Shown here: one piece after another, positions 1-13,007 of the stretch
Layout of the letters: each line of letters begins with the position of its first letter
Numbering within the stretch: position 1 is the stretch's first letter
Assembly (NCBI GenBank): GCA_002269645.1
Contig: NIVC01000166.1
Span: 372,001 to 436,000 of the forward strand
Reading direction: 5' to 3'
Length of the DNA stretch: 64,000 nucleotides
DNA from: Macrostomum lignano
Taxonomy: Eukaryota
The notes under the pieces: model-generated
What the model saw: the letters and a program-made list of their open reading frames with translations, nothing else
Databases searched by the model: none
Told to the model about the DNA's origin: nothing
Program-made: the position numbers and the translations under genes

Positions 1-1410
1 ACATAAAAGAGCCAACATGTCAAACATAAAGAGCCACCATATCAAAAATTTAGGAGCCACCATGTCAAACATATATGTGACTTTATGTCAAACATTAAAG
101 AGCCACAATTTCGAACATAACAGAGCTACGATGTCAAACATTAAAGAGCCACCATGTCGAACTTTAAAGAGCCACCATGTCGAACATTAAAGAGCCACCA
201 TGTCAAACATTAAAGAGCCACCATGTCGAAAATTAAAGAGCCACCATGTCTAACATTAAAAGTCACCATGTTAAACATTAAAGAGCCACCATATCAAGCA
301 TAAAAGAGCCACCATGTCAAACCTAAAAGAGCCACCATGTCGAAAATTTAAGAGCCAAAATGTAGAATATAAAAGAGCCACCATGTCAACCATATAAGTG
401 ACTTTATGTCAAATATTTAAGAGCCACCATGTTAAACCTAAAAGAGTCACCATGTTAAACCTAAAAGAGCCACCATGTTAAACCTAAAAGAGCCACCATG
501 TCGAACACTTAAGAGCCACAATGTAAAATATTAAAGAGCCACCATTTCGAACATATAAGTGACTTTATGTCAAACATTAAAGAGCCACCATGTCGAACAT
601 TAAAGAGCCACCATGTAAAACAAAAGAGCCACCATTTCGAACATTAAAGAGCCACCATGTCTAACATTAAAAGTTACCATGTTAAACATTAAAGAGCCAC
701 CATATCAAGCATAAAAGAGCCACCATGTCAAACCTAAAAGAGCCACCATGTCGAAAATTTAAGAGCCAAAATGTAGAATATAAAAGAGCCACCATGTCAA
801 CCATATAAGTGACTTTATGTCAAATATTTAAGAGCCACCATGTTAAACCTAAAAGAGCCACCATGTTAAACCTAAAAGAGTCACCATGTTAAACCTAAAA
901 GAGCCACCATGTCGAACACTTAAGAGCCACAATGTAAAATATTAAAGAGCCACCATTTCGAACATATAAGTGACTTTATGTCAAACATTAAAGAGCCACC
1001 ATGTCAAACATAGAAATGCCACCAAGTAAAATATAAAAGAGCTACCATATCAAACATAAAATAGCCATCATGTCAAACATAAAAGAGTCATCATGTGAAA
1101 CATATACGTGACTCAATGTCAAACATTAAAGAGCCACCATGTCAAACATAAATGAGACACCATATGTCGAACATTAAAGAGCCACCATGTCAAACATTAA
1201 AGAGCCACCATGTCAAACATTAAAGAGCCACCATGTTAAACAATAAAGAGCCACCATGTCGAACATTAAAGAGCCACCATGTCAAACATTTAAGAGCCAC
1301 CATGTCAAACATAAAAGAGCCACCATGTCGAACATAAAAGAGCCACCATGTCGAACATAAAAGAGCCACCATGTCAAGCATAAAAGAGCCACCATGTCGA
1401 ACATAAAATT
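1..1410. repeat. Satellite array, ~21-22 bp unit (AAAGAGCCACCATGTCRAACATT)
   Basis: Unit visible throughout; same family recurs at 2420-3470. Confidence 0.95.
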
Positions 1411-1489
1411 TACACAATTTCAAACGTGAAAGTAAGCGAATTTTAAAGGAGCCACTATAATGCTAAGGAAATTGTCGCACTAGCTACTT

Positions 1490-1950
1490 ATTGTCTGGTG
1501 GATGCTTGCTATTTGGGGATGCTTGCTATCTGAGGGATGCTTTCTATCTGGGGGATGCTTGCTATCTGGGGGATGCTTGCTATCTTGGGGATGCTTGCTA
1601 TCTGGGGGATGCTTGCTATCTGGGGGATGCTTGCTATCTGGGGGATGCTTGCTATCTGGGGGATGCTTGCTATCTGGGGGATGCTTGCTATCTTGGGGAT
1701 GCTTGCTATCTGAGGGATGCTTGCTATCTGGGGGATGCTTGCTATCTGGGGGATGCTTGCTATCTGAGGGATGCTTGCTATCTGAGGGATGCTTGCTATC
1801 TGGGGGATGCTTGCTATCTGGGGGATGGTTGCTATCTAGGGGATGCTTGCTATCTGGGGGATGCTTGCTATCTGGGGGATGCTTGCTATCCGGGGGTTGC
1901 TTGCAATCTGGAGGATGCTTGCTATCTGGGGAATGCTTGCTGTCTTGGGA
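1490..1950. repeat. 18-bp minisatellite GGGGGATGCTTGCTATCT
   Basis: Tandem units; generates the spurious GDACYL/SKHPPD ORFs; second copy at 3560-4075. Confidence 0.95.
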
Positions 1951-2419
1951 TGATTTCTTTTTGCATTTCACTTCCTTTGAGTATTTTGTCTGTTTTCTTT
2001 GTGAAGGCTTTTTTGGCTATCTTTTTGTTACTTGTAGAGAACAGAGGTTCTATACAGACGTCCCCCAACGGGGGCGAAGATTCAATTCTGATAAAGATTG
2101 CATCACAACAAGTTGAAAACAGTGCCGAAGAAATGCACACACAACTTGATTGAAATTGCGTAACAATATTGCTAACTTGAACTGAGACTGATACTGGCTG
2201 ACTGAGAAATTGATTATGTCATAACTTTCTACTCTAATTGACTTGCTGTAAGAATTGAATTATAAGGGCCACAATTCATGTTCTCCAATTAACAAGAGAT
2301 AGCGTAGATGCGAATAGACTGGACTGCTAATGCAGCGACCTGGGTTCGAATCTTAGTAGTGCAAAAAGATTTTTTTATTCTAAAACCTTAAAAACACAAA
2401 ATGCTAAACACAAAAAAGC

Positions 2420-4216
2420 ACAAAGTCAAACATTAAAGAGCCACAAGGTCGAATATTAAAGAGCCACCATGTCGAACATTATAGAGCCACCATGTCGAAC
2501 ATTAAAGAGCCACCATATCGAACATTAAAGAGCCATCATGTCTAACATTAAAGAGCCACCATGTCTAACATTAAAGAGCCACCATGTCGAACATTAAAGA
2601 GCCACCATGTCGAATATTAAAGAGCCACCATGTCCAACATATATGTGACTTCATGTCAAACATTAAAGGGCCATCATGTCAAACATAAAAGGAACACCAT
2701 GTCAAATATTAAAGAGGCATCATGTCGAACATTAAAAAGCCACCATGTCAAACATTAAAGAGCCACCATGTCGAACATTAAAGAGCCACCATGTCAAACA
2801 TAAAAGGACCACCATGTCAAATATTAAAGAGGCACCATGTCGAACATTAAAGAGCCACCATGTCGAACATAAAAGAGCCACAATGTCAAACATTAAAGAG
2901 CCACCATGTCGAAAATTAAAGAGCCACCATGTCCAACATATATGTGACTCCATGTCAAACATTGAAGAGCCATCATGTCAAACATAAAAGAGCCACCATG
3001 TCAAACATAAAAGGACCACCATGTCAAATATTAAAGAGGCACCATGTCGAACATTAAAAAGCCACCATGTCGAACATTAAAGAGCCACCATGTCGAACAT
3101 TAAAGAGCCACCATGTCAAACATTAAAGAGCCACCATGTCAAATATTAAAGAGCCACCATTTCAAACATTAAAGAGCCATCATTACAGACATTAAGGTGC
3201 CACCAGGTCAAACATTAAAGAGCCATCACGTCAAACATAAAAGGACCACCATGTCCAACATCAAAGAGCCATCATGCCAAACATTAAAGTGCCACCATGT
3301 CGAAAATAAAAAAGCTACCATGTAGAACATTAAAGGGCCATCATGCCAAACATAAAGGAGCCACCATGTCAAAAATTAAAGAGCCACCATGTCAAACATA
3401 AAAGGACCACCATGTCAAACATTAAAGAGACACCATGTCGAACATTAAAGAGCCACCATGTCAAACATAAGAAACAATTTCAAACGTAAAAGTAAGCGTC
3501 ATGTCAATTTTTAAGGAGCCACTATAGAGCTAAGGAAATTGTTGCACTAGCTACTTATTGTCTGGTGGATGCTTACTATTTGGGGATGCTTGCTATCTGG
3601 GGGATGCTTGCTATCTGGGAGGGGGATGCTTCCTATCTGGGGGATGCTTGCTATTTGGGGGATGCTTGCTATCTGGGGGATGCTTGCTATTTGGGGATGC
3701 TTGCTATCTGGGGATGCTTGCTATCTGGGGGATGTTTGCTATCTGGGAGGGGGGATGCTTCCTATCTGGGGGATGCTTGCTATTTGGGGGATGCTTGCTA
3801 TCTGGGGGATGCTTGCTATTTGGGGGATGCTTGCTATCTGGGGGATGCTTGCTATCTGGGGATGCTTGCTATCTGGGGGATGCTTGCTATTTGGGGGATG
3901 CTTGCTATTTGGGGGATGCTTGCTATCTGGGGAATGCTTGCTATCTGGGGGATGCTTGCTATCTGGGGGACGCTTGCTATCTGGGGATGCTTGCTATCTG
4001 GGGGATGCTTGCTATCTGGGGGATGCTTGCTATTTGAGGGATGCTTGCAATCTGGGGGATGCTTGCTGTCTTGGGATGATTTCTTTTTGCATTACACTTT
4101 ATTTGAGCAGTTTTTTGTGTTGTCTTTGTGAAGGCTTTATTTGGCTGTCTTTTTGTTACTTGTAGAGAACAGAGATTCTATCCAGATGTCCCCCAACGGG
4201 GGGCGAAGATTGCTAG
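2420..4216 (+). mobile_element. Putative non-autonomous Helitron carrying two satellite blocks (second of two tandem copies; first copy 1-2082)
   Basis: Both copies show 22-bp array, shared spacer, 18-bp array and shared tail. This copy ends CCCCC-AAC-GGGGGG hairpin (4190-4203), 9 nt, CTAG (4213-4216), then T, which is the Helitron 3' signature. The first copy stops at ..CGAAGATT (2082). Confidence 0.55.
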
Positions 4217-4431
4217 TTTAATCTAAGTATATTATCTACTGTAATTTTGCATTAAACCTATTGCAAAGTTTTACCAGTTGTAAATGTATTTGAAAACATT
4301 CTTCACCAAAAATATACTAACCCAAGGCTAACTACGAACTAATAAACAGAAATTCTGAATATGATATGTTACTGAACGGCTGAGATCATTTCTGACCCCA
4401 TTTTTATCGTCAACAAGATAAATATACCCAC

Positions 4432-4800
4432 GGGGGGCCGTAGCCCAGCGGTCTAGCGCAGCTGCTCTGGTGTGCCAGCGACCCAGGCTCGATTCCAAGT
4501 GCAGTCACATTCATTTGGGGCTGAATTGGAATCTCGGCTTGGCTCTGCTCGTGCAATTAACGGCCTTGAGAGCCAACCCCCCAAGGCGTAGTGAAGTGTA
4601 CATGCCTAACGATAAAATAAAGTTAGGGCCGCTGTACACTCCTGTGTGAGTGTGTGCCTGTGTACGTATCCGCGCACTTGTATGCCTGCTCAGGGGAGTC
4701 GCCGGAATGGGCAGCAATGCCTCTCGCCGGTTGTGTGCCTATGTCGCTTAAAGTGCGCCAGGGTGCACACAACCCCTCTGCCTCTAATAAAATAAAAATA
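4432..4800 (+). mobile_element. tRNA-derived SINE with 14-bp target-site duplication
   Basis: tRNA-like head (GGGGCCGTAGCCCAGCGGTCTAGCG...GGCTCGATTCC), A-rich tail, TSD ATAAATATACCCAC at 4418-4431 and 4801-4814. Confidence 0.85.
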
Positions 4801-4948
4801 ATAAATATACCCACTCTTTGCGTGAAGGGAAGGTAACGCTTTTAACAACGCTTCTGGAGAGACAGCAAGTTATTTTGATTGTGTCTGTCAGTGTCAAGGT
4901 CGCTTATTATTTTAAAGTGCACACATTTGACCGCACCTGGAAATGCAG

Positions 4949-7900
4949 GGTCCAAGATGCCCTGCTGCTGGCTTTATTCGAAGCGCTGCACGTCAATCGT
5001 AGCTTCATTGCCACCCTGACCTACAGCCACACGCCCTCGGCTGGGCACCAGCTTGTGGTTGCTGAGCAATCTGGTCCGGCCAGCTCCGTGCCCGAGCCAA
5101 CCAATTTGCTGGTTGTGTTCTTGGAGTACTGCTCCATCATTATGCAGGATACTAGAGGTCTGGGCGGACTGCTGTGCGGTGGGGTGGGGGAGAATAGAGG
5201 GAGGGAGGGAGACGGGTAAGATGAGGAGACAGGGTGAGAGGGAGACGGGTAAGATGAGGAGACAGGGTGAGAGGGAGACGGGTAAGATGAGGAGACAGGG
5301 TGAGAGGGAGACGGGTAAGATGAGGAGACAGGGTGAGAGGGAGACGGGTAAGATGAGGAGACAGGGTGAGAGGGAGACGGGTAAGATGAGGAGACAGGGT
5401 GAGAGGGAGACGGGTAAGATGAGGAGACAGGGTGAGAGGAAGACGGGTAAGATGAGGAGACAGGGTGAGAGGGAGACAGTGAGATGAGAGACAGTGAGAT
5501 AAGAGGGAGACACTGAGATGAGATGGAGACGAACAGTAAGATGAGAAAGAAGACAGTGAGATGAGAGGGAGACGGACAATGAGATAAGAGGGAGACAGTG
5601 AGATGAGAGGGAGACAGTCAGGTGAGAGGGAGACAGTGAGATGAGAGGGAGACAGTCAGGTGAGAGGGAGACAGTGAGATGAGAGGGAGACAGTGAGATG
5701 AGAGGGAAGACTGACATGAGAGGGAGACAGTGAGATAAGAGGGAGACAGTGAGATGAGAGGGAGACAGTCAGGTGAGAGGGAGACAGTGAGATGAGAGGG
5801 AGACAGTGAGATAAGAGGGAGACAGTGAGATGAGAGGGAGACAGTGAGATGAGAGGGAGACGGTGAGATTGACAGACAGGGTTTATAACATGAGTGATTA
5901 GTACAATGAGAGGGAGGCAGTGTTTGATAGACAAGGGAATGAAACAGAGCAGAATTCGCGCAGCACAGATGGCCAACCCCCACCCGATCTCGAACTGCAG
6001 AGCAGAGCATGTTCAACAGCTGCAAGCTGTGCTTCTTTATTCTCACAGCAATATCAGAGGTAGGAGCTGGAATGGAGTTGAATGTCTGTCTATAAGTAAA
6101 GTTCAAGTTTCCATTTTGACATCTTAATAGACTGTGCCCAAACTTGTAGGACGAGTACGCGAATTCTCTGATGCACGATCTTAATATGAACTTCCGGGTC
6201 AACCTGCACAGATTGGTGAGTTTTTTAAAATGAATCATGTCATTTTTGACATAGGGTTGTAGCCTAGTGGTCAGAGCGTCGGACTCACGACTTGAAGGTC
6301 GGGGGTTCGATTCCCGATCCCACTGGAACAATTTGTGTCCTTGAGCAAGACACTCTGCATTGCTTCAGTTCACCCAGCTGAAAATGGGTGCCAGCATTAG
6401 CTGGGGTAATTGAGGGTGTGTGTGGCGACCCCCCCCCCAGTCCTTGGGCTGAACAGCCGTACGCAGCCATCAGATCAGATGCGCCGCGCAATAGCTGCGG
6501 CTGAGCTGTCGGTTGCACATTTGCCGATTGGGGCAGGTGTAATCAGTTATTATTATTATTATGTCATTTCGAAATGAAACATGCCATTTTTGAAATGCAA
6601 CATGCCATTTTTGAAATGCAACATGCCATTTTTTAAATGCAACATGCCATTTTTGATTCCACGACCGCAGCAAACCCGGCACAGAGCCCCAACTCTTGGT
6701 GTGGACTTGGAATCGGCTCCTCTGGCCTGCGCCCTACTCGACCTACTCGTAGAGTTCTGCCACAGCCATCTGATGCGCACTTTGCCAGCTGAGCTGTACC
6801 AGTCTGCCCTGCTCATTCTGCACCGGCTGCTCTGCTATCAGAAGCGAACCGAGATCAGGCTGCATTACAACTGGCACCACCTCTGGTCCGCCCTGTTCAC
6901 CAGCGCCCGCTACGCCCTGAGCTGCTACCAGAAGCAGCCGGTTGGAACCGCGGAGCCGCAGTTCCTTCGCTCCCTGCTGTCGCTGGTGTCCAGCGTGTGT
7001 TTGTTGCTGAACTTCTTTGTTACCTATGGGGACACGTTTCTGCCCACCTGCGAGGTCTACGACTTGCTGTTCTACGAGCTGATTAGAATGAAATCCCTGT
7101 TTGAGGATGCCAGTCAGCTGTGTGAGTTGCTGGGAATTGCGGGATTTTATTGCCATTGGGACTCGGGTATGGGATTTTTTCACATTGGGGACTTGGGTTA
7201 GGGATTTTATTCTTAATGGGAGCCGGGTATGGGATTTTATTCTCAATGGGACTCGGGTATGGGGGTTTTTCCCATTGGGGACTTGGGTTAGGGATTTTAT
7301 TCTTAATGGGAGCCGGGTATGGGATTTTATTCTCAATGGGACTCGGGTATGGGGGTTTTTCCCATTGGGGACTTGGGTTAGGGATTTTATTCTTAATGGG
7401 AGCCGGGTATGGGATTTTATTCTCAATGGGACTCGGGTATGGGGGTTTTTCCCATTGGGGACTTGGGTTAGGGATTTTATTCTTAATGGGAGCCGGGTAT
7501 GGGATTTTATTCCCAATTGGACTCGGGTATGGGATTTTATTCCCAATTGGACTCGGGTATGGGATTTTATTCCCAATAGGACTCGGGTATGGGATTTTAT
7601 TCCCAATTGGACTCGGGTATGGGATTTTATTCCCAATTGGACTCGGGTATGGGATTTTATTGTCATTAGGACTCGGGTATGGGATTTTATTGCCATTGGG
7701 ACTCGGGTATGGGATTTTATTGCCATTGGGACTCGGGTATGGGATTTTATTGCCATTGGGACTCGGGTATGGGATTTCATTGCCATTGGGACTCGGGTAT
7801 GGGATTTTATTGCCATTGGGACTCGGGTATAGGATTTTATTGCCATTGGGACTCGGGTATGGGATTTCATTGCCATTGGGACTCGGGTATGGGATTTTAT

Positions 7901-9806
7901 TGCCATTGGGACTCGGGTATGGGATTTTATTGCCATTGGGACTCGGGTATGGGATTTTATTGCCATTGGGACTCGGGTATGGGATTTTATTGCCATTGGG
8001 ACTCGGGTATCGGATTTTATTGCCATTGGGACTCGGGTATCGGATTTTATTGCCATTGGGACTCGGGTATGGGATTTTATTACCATTGGGACTCGGGTAT
8101 GGGATTTTATTACCATTGGGACTCGGGTATGGGATTTTATTGCCAATAGGACTCGGGTATGGGATTTTATTGCCATTGGGACTCGGGTATAGGGTTTTAT
8201 TGCCATTGGGACTCGGGTATGGGATTTTATTGCCAATAGGACTCGGGTATGGGATTTTATTGCCATTGGGACTCGGGTATGGGATTTTATTGCCATTGGG
8301 AGCCGAATATTGGCTTTTATTCCCGTTAGGGACTCGAGTATGGCATTTTATTCCCACTAGGACCCGTATAATTTTTACTAGTTCTATATACTAGTATATT
8401 ATCAATCCTACTATTCCAGCTCTGTCAATCATTTCCTCCGATCCGGATCATCCGCTTCGTGAGGCGGCGATGCAGTTGGACCGAAGCCTGGTCAACATTC
8501 GGTGAGGCTGCTTCCTGCATGAGCTTGCAGCGCGTCTCTAACCTGACTCTACCCGACAATCGCCTTCTAAACACCTTCAAATCCAAACATTGCATTAAAA
8601 CACCATCCCACCCCAAGAATCGGCCTCCAATCCCACCCCAAGAATCGCCCTCCAACCCCACCCTAAGAATCGCCCTCCAACCCCACCCAAAGAATCGCCC
8701 TCCAACCCCACCCAAAGAATCGCCCTCCAACCCCAACCAAAGAATCGCCCTCCAACCCCACCCAAAGAATCGCCCTCCAACCCCACTCAAGAATCGCCCT
8801 CCAACCCCACTCAAGAATCGCCCTTCAACCCCACTCAAGAATCGCGCCCAACCCCATCTCGAGGATCGCCCTCCAACCCCACCCTAAGAATCGCCCTCCA
8901 ACCCCACCCAAAGAATCGCCCTCCAACCCCACCCAAAGAATCGCCCTCCAACCCCACTCAAGAATCGCGCCCAACCCCATCTCGAGGATCGCCCTCCAAC
9001 CCCACTCAAGAATCGCGCCCAACCCCATCCCGAGGATCGCCCTCCAACCCCACTCAAGAATCGCGCCCAACCCCATCCCGAGGATCGCCCTCCAACCCCA
9101 CTCAAGAATCGCGCCCAACCCCATCTCGAGGATCGCCCTCCAACCCCACTCAAGAATCGCCCCCAACCCCATCCCGAGAATCGCCCTCCAACCCCACCCC
9201 AAGAATCGCCCCCAACCCCATCCCGAGAATCGCCCTCCAACCCCACCCTAAGAATCGCCCTCCAACCCACCCAGAGAATCGCCCCCAACCCAATCCCGAG
9301 AATCGCCCTCCAACCCCACCCTAAGAACCGCCCTCCAACCCACCCAGAGAATCGCCCTCCAACCCCACCCTAAGAATCGCCCTCCAACCCCACCCTGAGA
9401 ATAGCCTATAACCCCATCCCAACCCGTTAACAGGTCAATAATCCAGCACTTCTCGCCCAGAATAGATGAATGGGCGGAGGCGCAGGGCCAACGGTCGCTC
9501 ACCCAGGACCAGGTGCTGTCGGTGGTCAGAAGCAACTACGAGTCGCTGACCCTGAGGCTCTACAGCCAATTAGACTGTTTCACCAGCTTTAGAGAATCAA
9601 TTCCAAACGAAAATGCCTACTTCCGTCAGTTGGTGAGTAGTATAAGCTGCAAAAGTTTAAGTTATACAGATTGCTGCAAGAATTTAACTATGATTTCCCT
9701 ACGGACGCATCCGCAGACCAGAAAAATTGTCACCAGCGTTCGCAAGGATGCGTTCGACGCTAGTCAGCAGCTGCAAGCCAAGCTCAAGGACTTGTCCTCC
9801 TTGTAG
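4949..9806 (+). CDS. ARMH3: ARMH3/C10orf76 (UPF0668, DUF1741) orthologue, 3' seven exons
   Basis: Exons 4949-5157, 6001-6059, 6150-6215, 6671-7121, 8420-8501, 9434-9632, 9717-9806 join in phase via GT-AG. Peptides LLLALFEALHVNRSF, NLLVVFLEYCSIIMQDT, DEYANSLMHDLNMNFRVNLHR, LHRLLCYQK, FVTYGDTFLP, VVRSNYESLTLRL match the human ARMH3 C-terminal half as I recall it. Upstream exons not identified. Confidence 0.88.
5205..5880. repeat. Purine-rich intronic repeats: 33-bp unit (GGTAAGATGAGGAGACAGGGTGAGAGGGAGACG) followed by ~21-bp GAGACAGTGAGATGAGAGG
   Basis: Direct inspection; lies in an ARMH3 intron. Confidence 0.9.
6253..6562 (+). mobile_element. tRNA-derived CORE-type SINE
   Basis: A/B-box head, central TGTGTCCTTGAGCAAGACAC...CAGTTCACCCAGCTGAAAATGGG resembling the MIR/CORE domain, (TAT)n tail. 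Confidence 0.85.
7130..8335. repeat. 30-bp minisatellite GGGATTTTATTGCCATTGGGACTCGGGTAT
   Basis: About 40 tandem units filling an ARMH3 intron; source of several spurious ORFs. Confidence 0.95.
8595..9410. repeat. ~25-bp C-rich minisatellite AAGAATCGCCCTCCAACCCCACCC
   Basis: Tandem units in an ARMH3 intron. Confidence 0.95.
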
Positions 9807-10009
9807 ATTTCAGACATTGCGCACACAAATAGTTTGATTATTAATCATTATGGTATTCCTGTAGTTGCATGAGGTCGAGCGAGTGGCCAAACAAACTCAT
9901 CTTGGTAGCCTTATAATTGGCCTGCGCGTGTAAAATCCAATTCGCTTCAACAAACTGGATCTTCCATTGTTATAGCTTTCATTAATAAGAGTCGTTCATT
10001 CATTTAGAA

Positions 10010-11700
10010 TGTGTTTTGCGTGTTTCAAATATTTCTAGTGTGTTTATAATGTGTTTGGTGTGTTTAGAATGTGTCTGGTGTGCTTAAAATGTGTCTAGTG
10101 TGTTTATAATGTGTCTGGTGTGTTTATAATGTGTCTGGTGTGTTTAAATTGTGTCTGGTGTGCTTATAATGTGCATGGTGTGTTTATAATGTGCATGGTG
10201 TGTTTATAATGTGCATGGTGTGTTTATAATGTGCATGGTGTGTTTATAATGTGTCTGGTGTGTTTATAATGTGTCTGGTGTGCTTATAATGTGCATGGTG
10301 TGTTTATAATGTGCATGGTGTGTTTATAATGTGCATGGTGTGTTTATAATGTGCATGGTGTGTTTATAATGTGTCTGGTGTGTTTATAATGTGCCTGGTG
10401 TGTTTATAATGTGTCTGGTGTGCTTATAATGTGCATGGTGTGTTTATGATGTGTCTGGTGTGCTTATAATGTGCATGGTGCGTTTATAATGTGTCTGGTG
10501 TGCTTATAATGTGATAATGTGCATGGTGTGTTTATAATGTGTCTGGTGTGCCTATAATGTGTCTGGTGTGCTTATAATGTGCCTGGTGTGTTTATAATGT
10601 GTCTGGTGTGCTTATAATGTGTCTGGTGTGCTTATAATGTGCCTGGTGTGTTTATAATGTGTCTGGTGTGCTTATAATGTGTCTGGTGTGCTTATAATGT
10701 GCCTGGTGTGTTTATAATGTGTCTGGTGTGCTTATAATGTGCATGGTGTGTTTATAATGTGCATGGTGTGTTTATAATGTGCATGGTGTGTTTATAATGT
10801 GTTTGGTGTGTTTAGAATGTGTCTGGTGTGCTTAAAATGTGTCTAGTGTGTTTATAATGTGTCTGGTGTGTTTATAATGTGTCTGGTGTGTTTAAATTGT
10901 GTCTGGTGTGCTTATAATGTGCATGGTGTGTTTATAATGTGCATGGTGTGTTTATAATGTGCATGGTGTGTTTATAATGTGCATGGTGTGTTTATGATGT
11001 GTCTGGTGTGTTTATAATGTGTCTGGTGTGCTTATAATGTGCATGGTGTGTTTATAATGTGCATGGTGTGTTTATAATGTGCATGGTGTGTTTATAATGT
11101 GCATGGTGTGTTTATAATGTGTCTGGTGTGTTTATAATGTGCCTGGTGTGTTTATAATGTGTCTGGTGTGCTTATAATGTGCATGGTGTGTTTATGATGT
11201 GTCTGGTGTGCTTATAATGTGCATGGTGCGTTTATAATGTGTCTGGTGTGCTTATAATGTGATAATGTGCATGGTGTGTTTATAATGTGTCTGGTGTGCC
11301 TATAATGTGTCTGGTGTGCTTATAATGTGCCTGGTGTGTTTATAATGTGTCTGGTGTGCTTATAATGTGTCTGGTGTGCTTATAATGTGCCTGGTGTGTT
11401 TATAATGTGTCTGGTGTGCTTATAATGTGTCTGGTGTGCTTATAATGTGCCTGGTGTGTTTATAATGTGTCTGGTGTGCTTATAATGTGCATGGTGTGTT
11501 TATAATGTGCATGGTGTGCTTATAATGTGCCTGGTGTGTTTATAATGTGTCTGGTGTGCTTATAATGTGTCTGGTGTGCGTATAATGTGCCTGGTGTGTT
11601 TATAATGTGTCTGGTGTGCTTATAATGTGTCTGGTGTGCTTATAATGTTTCTTATGTGTTTAAACTGTTTCTGGTGTGTTTATAATGTGTGTGATGTGCT
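10010..11700. repeat. 20-bp satellite GTGTTTATAATGTGYMTGGT with ~748-bp higher-order duplication
   Basis: Rare variants recur at a fixed offset (GTTTGGTG 10053/10801; GTGATA 10511/11259). Confidence 0.9.
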
Positions 11701-11908
11701 ACGCCTTATAATTGTGAAATATCCCAAGACGATGTGAAAGCTAAAATGCATTCCCAGTATCCTTGGATTGAGTTTAATATACATGCGAATACTTTAAAAA
11801 TGAGTCTTCAAATGTTTCTAATGCTTAGAATTTTCATCACAAAAAATTAAAGCCTAGCTGTAAATTTGTAGCCAATAAATGCATTAGAATGCACAATTTC
11901 TAATCTTA

Positions 11909-12776
11909 TGTTGTAACCCGGGTCGGCTTGGGTGCCCAGTCCCGAGTACAATATATATTATATGTGATATAACAGGCGTTGTGACGCTCTGTCTGTACTT
12001 TTATGAATACGACGAGCAGGCGTGGCGACGCTCTGCGATAATAATTCGATCCCTCTGGTGTTGTGACACTCAGAGTTCACGCTGCGGCTCGAGGTGTGGT
12101 GACACTCTCGAGTGCTTCTATTCTCTATACCGTAGGGCGTACGCAATATATATGGTAAACGGTACCGTACTACAGAAGCTATATGGTCTCCCGGCGTTAT
12201 GACGCTCTGGCAAGAATTCGGCCTAGCAAGCTTCCCGGAAAGAAAGGACTCAAACAGCAGGCGGCTTACCAGTGGCCAGATGACTGTTCACCGTTTATTA
12301 TTCGCAGGTCTCAAGCGCAGTTTCCGACTTCTTCTTAATTCTCCAAGACTCTTCTCAATTAGGCTATTGTGTTTCTTTTATCCAAGTAGCTAATGTTGCT
12401 GTTTCTTTTATCAGGTCTCGCGCTTGCACTCTCGGAGCACACCAAAACACAAAAAGCACGCAGGTGGTGGGCAAGAGCCAGAGTCGCACCATAAATAGCA
12501 CCCAAACCCTGGGGCAGACGGCCCCACCGGCTAAGCTCACCAAAACAAACCACGCCGGCCCAGCCAATCAAAACCCCGCCTAAGGGGGAGGGGCTGCACC
12601 CGCGCCAAAGCTGGCCCGGCCGCAGCCAACCAGCCCTGAGCACGGGGCAGGGGCACGGCTGGGGAGGGGCACGCGCAAAGCCCGGCCGGGGCCAGACCCT
12701 GCCACGCCCGCCAACCCCCCCAACCAGCCCCAAAGTGCAACGCGCCCTGCCAACTGACAAGGGCGCATGCACTACA
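11909..12776 (-). repeat. 3' LTR (868 bp, TGTAGT...ACAACA on minus strand)
   Basis: TG..CA termini; immediately preceded on the minus strand by PPT AGGAGGGGAGGG; 11909-12490 shows no visible mismatch to 20479-21060. Confidence 0.92.
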
Positions 12777-12788
12777 CCCTCCCCTCCT
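12777..12788 (-). other. Polypurine tract AGGAGGGGAGGG
   Basis: Abuts the TGTAGT start of the 3' LTR. Confidence 0.85.
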
Positions 12789-13007
12789 ACAAAAAAAACA
12801 GGGCGGAGCTCGAACCACGGCGACTGGGATTCCAAATTTTTTAAATAACAAAGCAAAAAAAATCAAAAACAACAAAAAAACTGGAAAAAAACTAATGCAA
12901 AGGGGAAAAAGAAAAATGGTTGCCGCAAAAGAAATATGAAAAAAAAATACTGGTTTTCTGCACGCAAGTTCGTCAGAGCAACCACGGGGCACGGAATAGG
13001 CTTTACA

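Noticed and set aside
2295-2365. tRNA-like sequence (TAGCGTAG...GGGTTCGAATC)
   Set aside because: The acceptor stem cannot be formed; probably a decayed SINE head or tRNA pseudogene.
1480-4165. Long ORFs such as (GDACYL)n and (SKHPPD)n
   Set aside because: Translations of an 18-bp minisatellite that is open in several frames; no coding evidence.
7130-8335. CRISPR-like appearance of regular 30-bp repeats (also other arrays)
   Set aside because: Units are directly adjacent with no unique spacers, there are no cas genes, and the context is eukaryotic.
6743-9288. 400-500 aa repetitive ORFs on both strands
   Set aside because: They are 30-bp and 25-bp minisatellites inside ARMH3 introns.
11958-12393. 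Identical short ORFs duplicated at 20528-20963
   Set aside because: Chance frames inside the two LTR copies.
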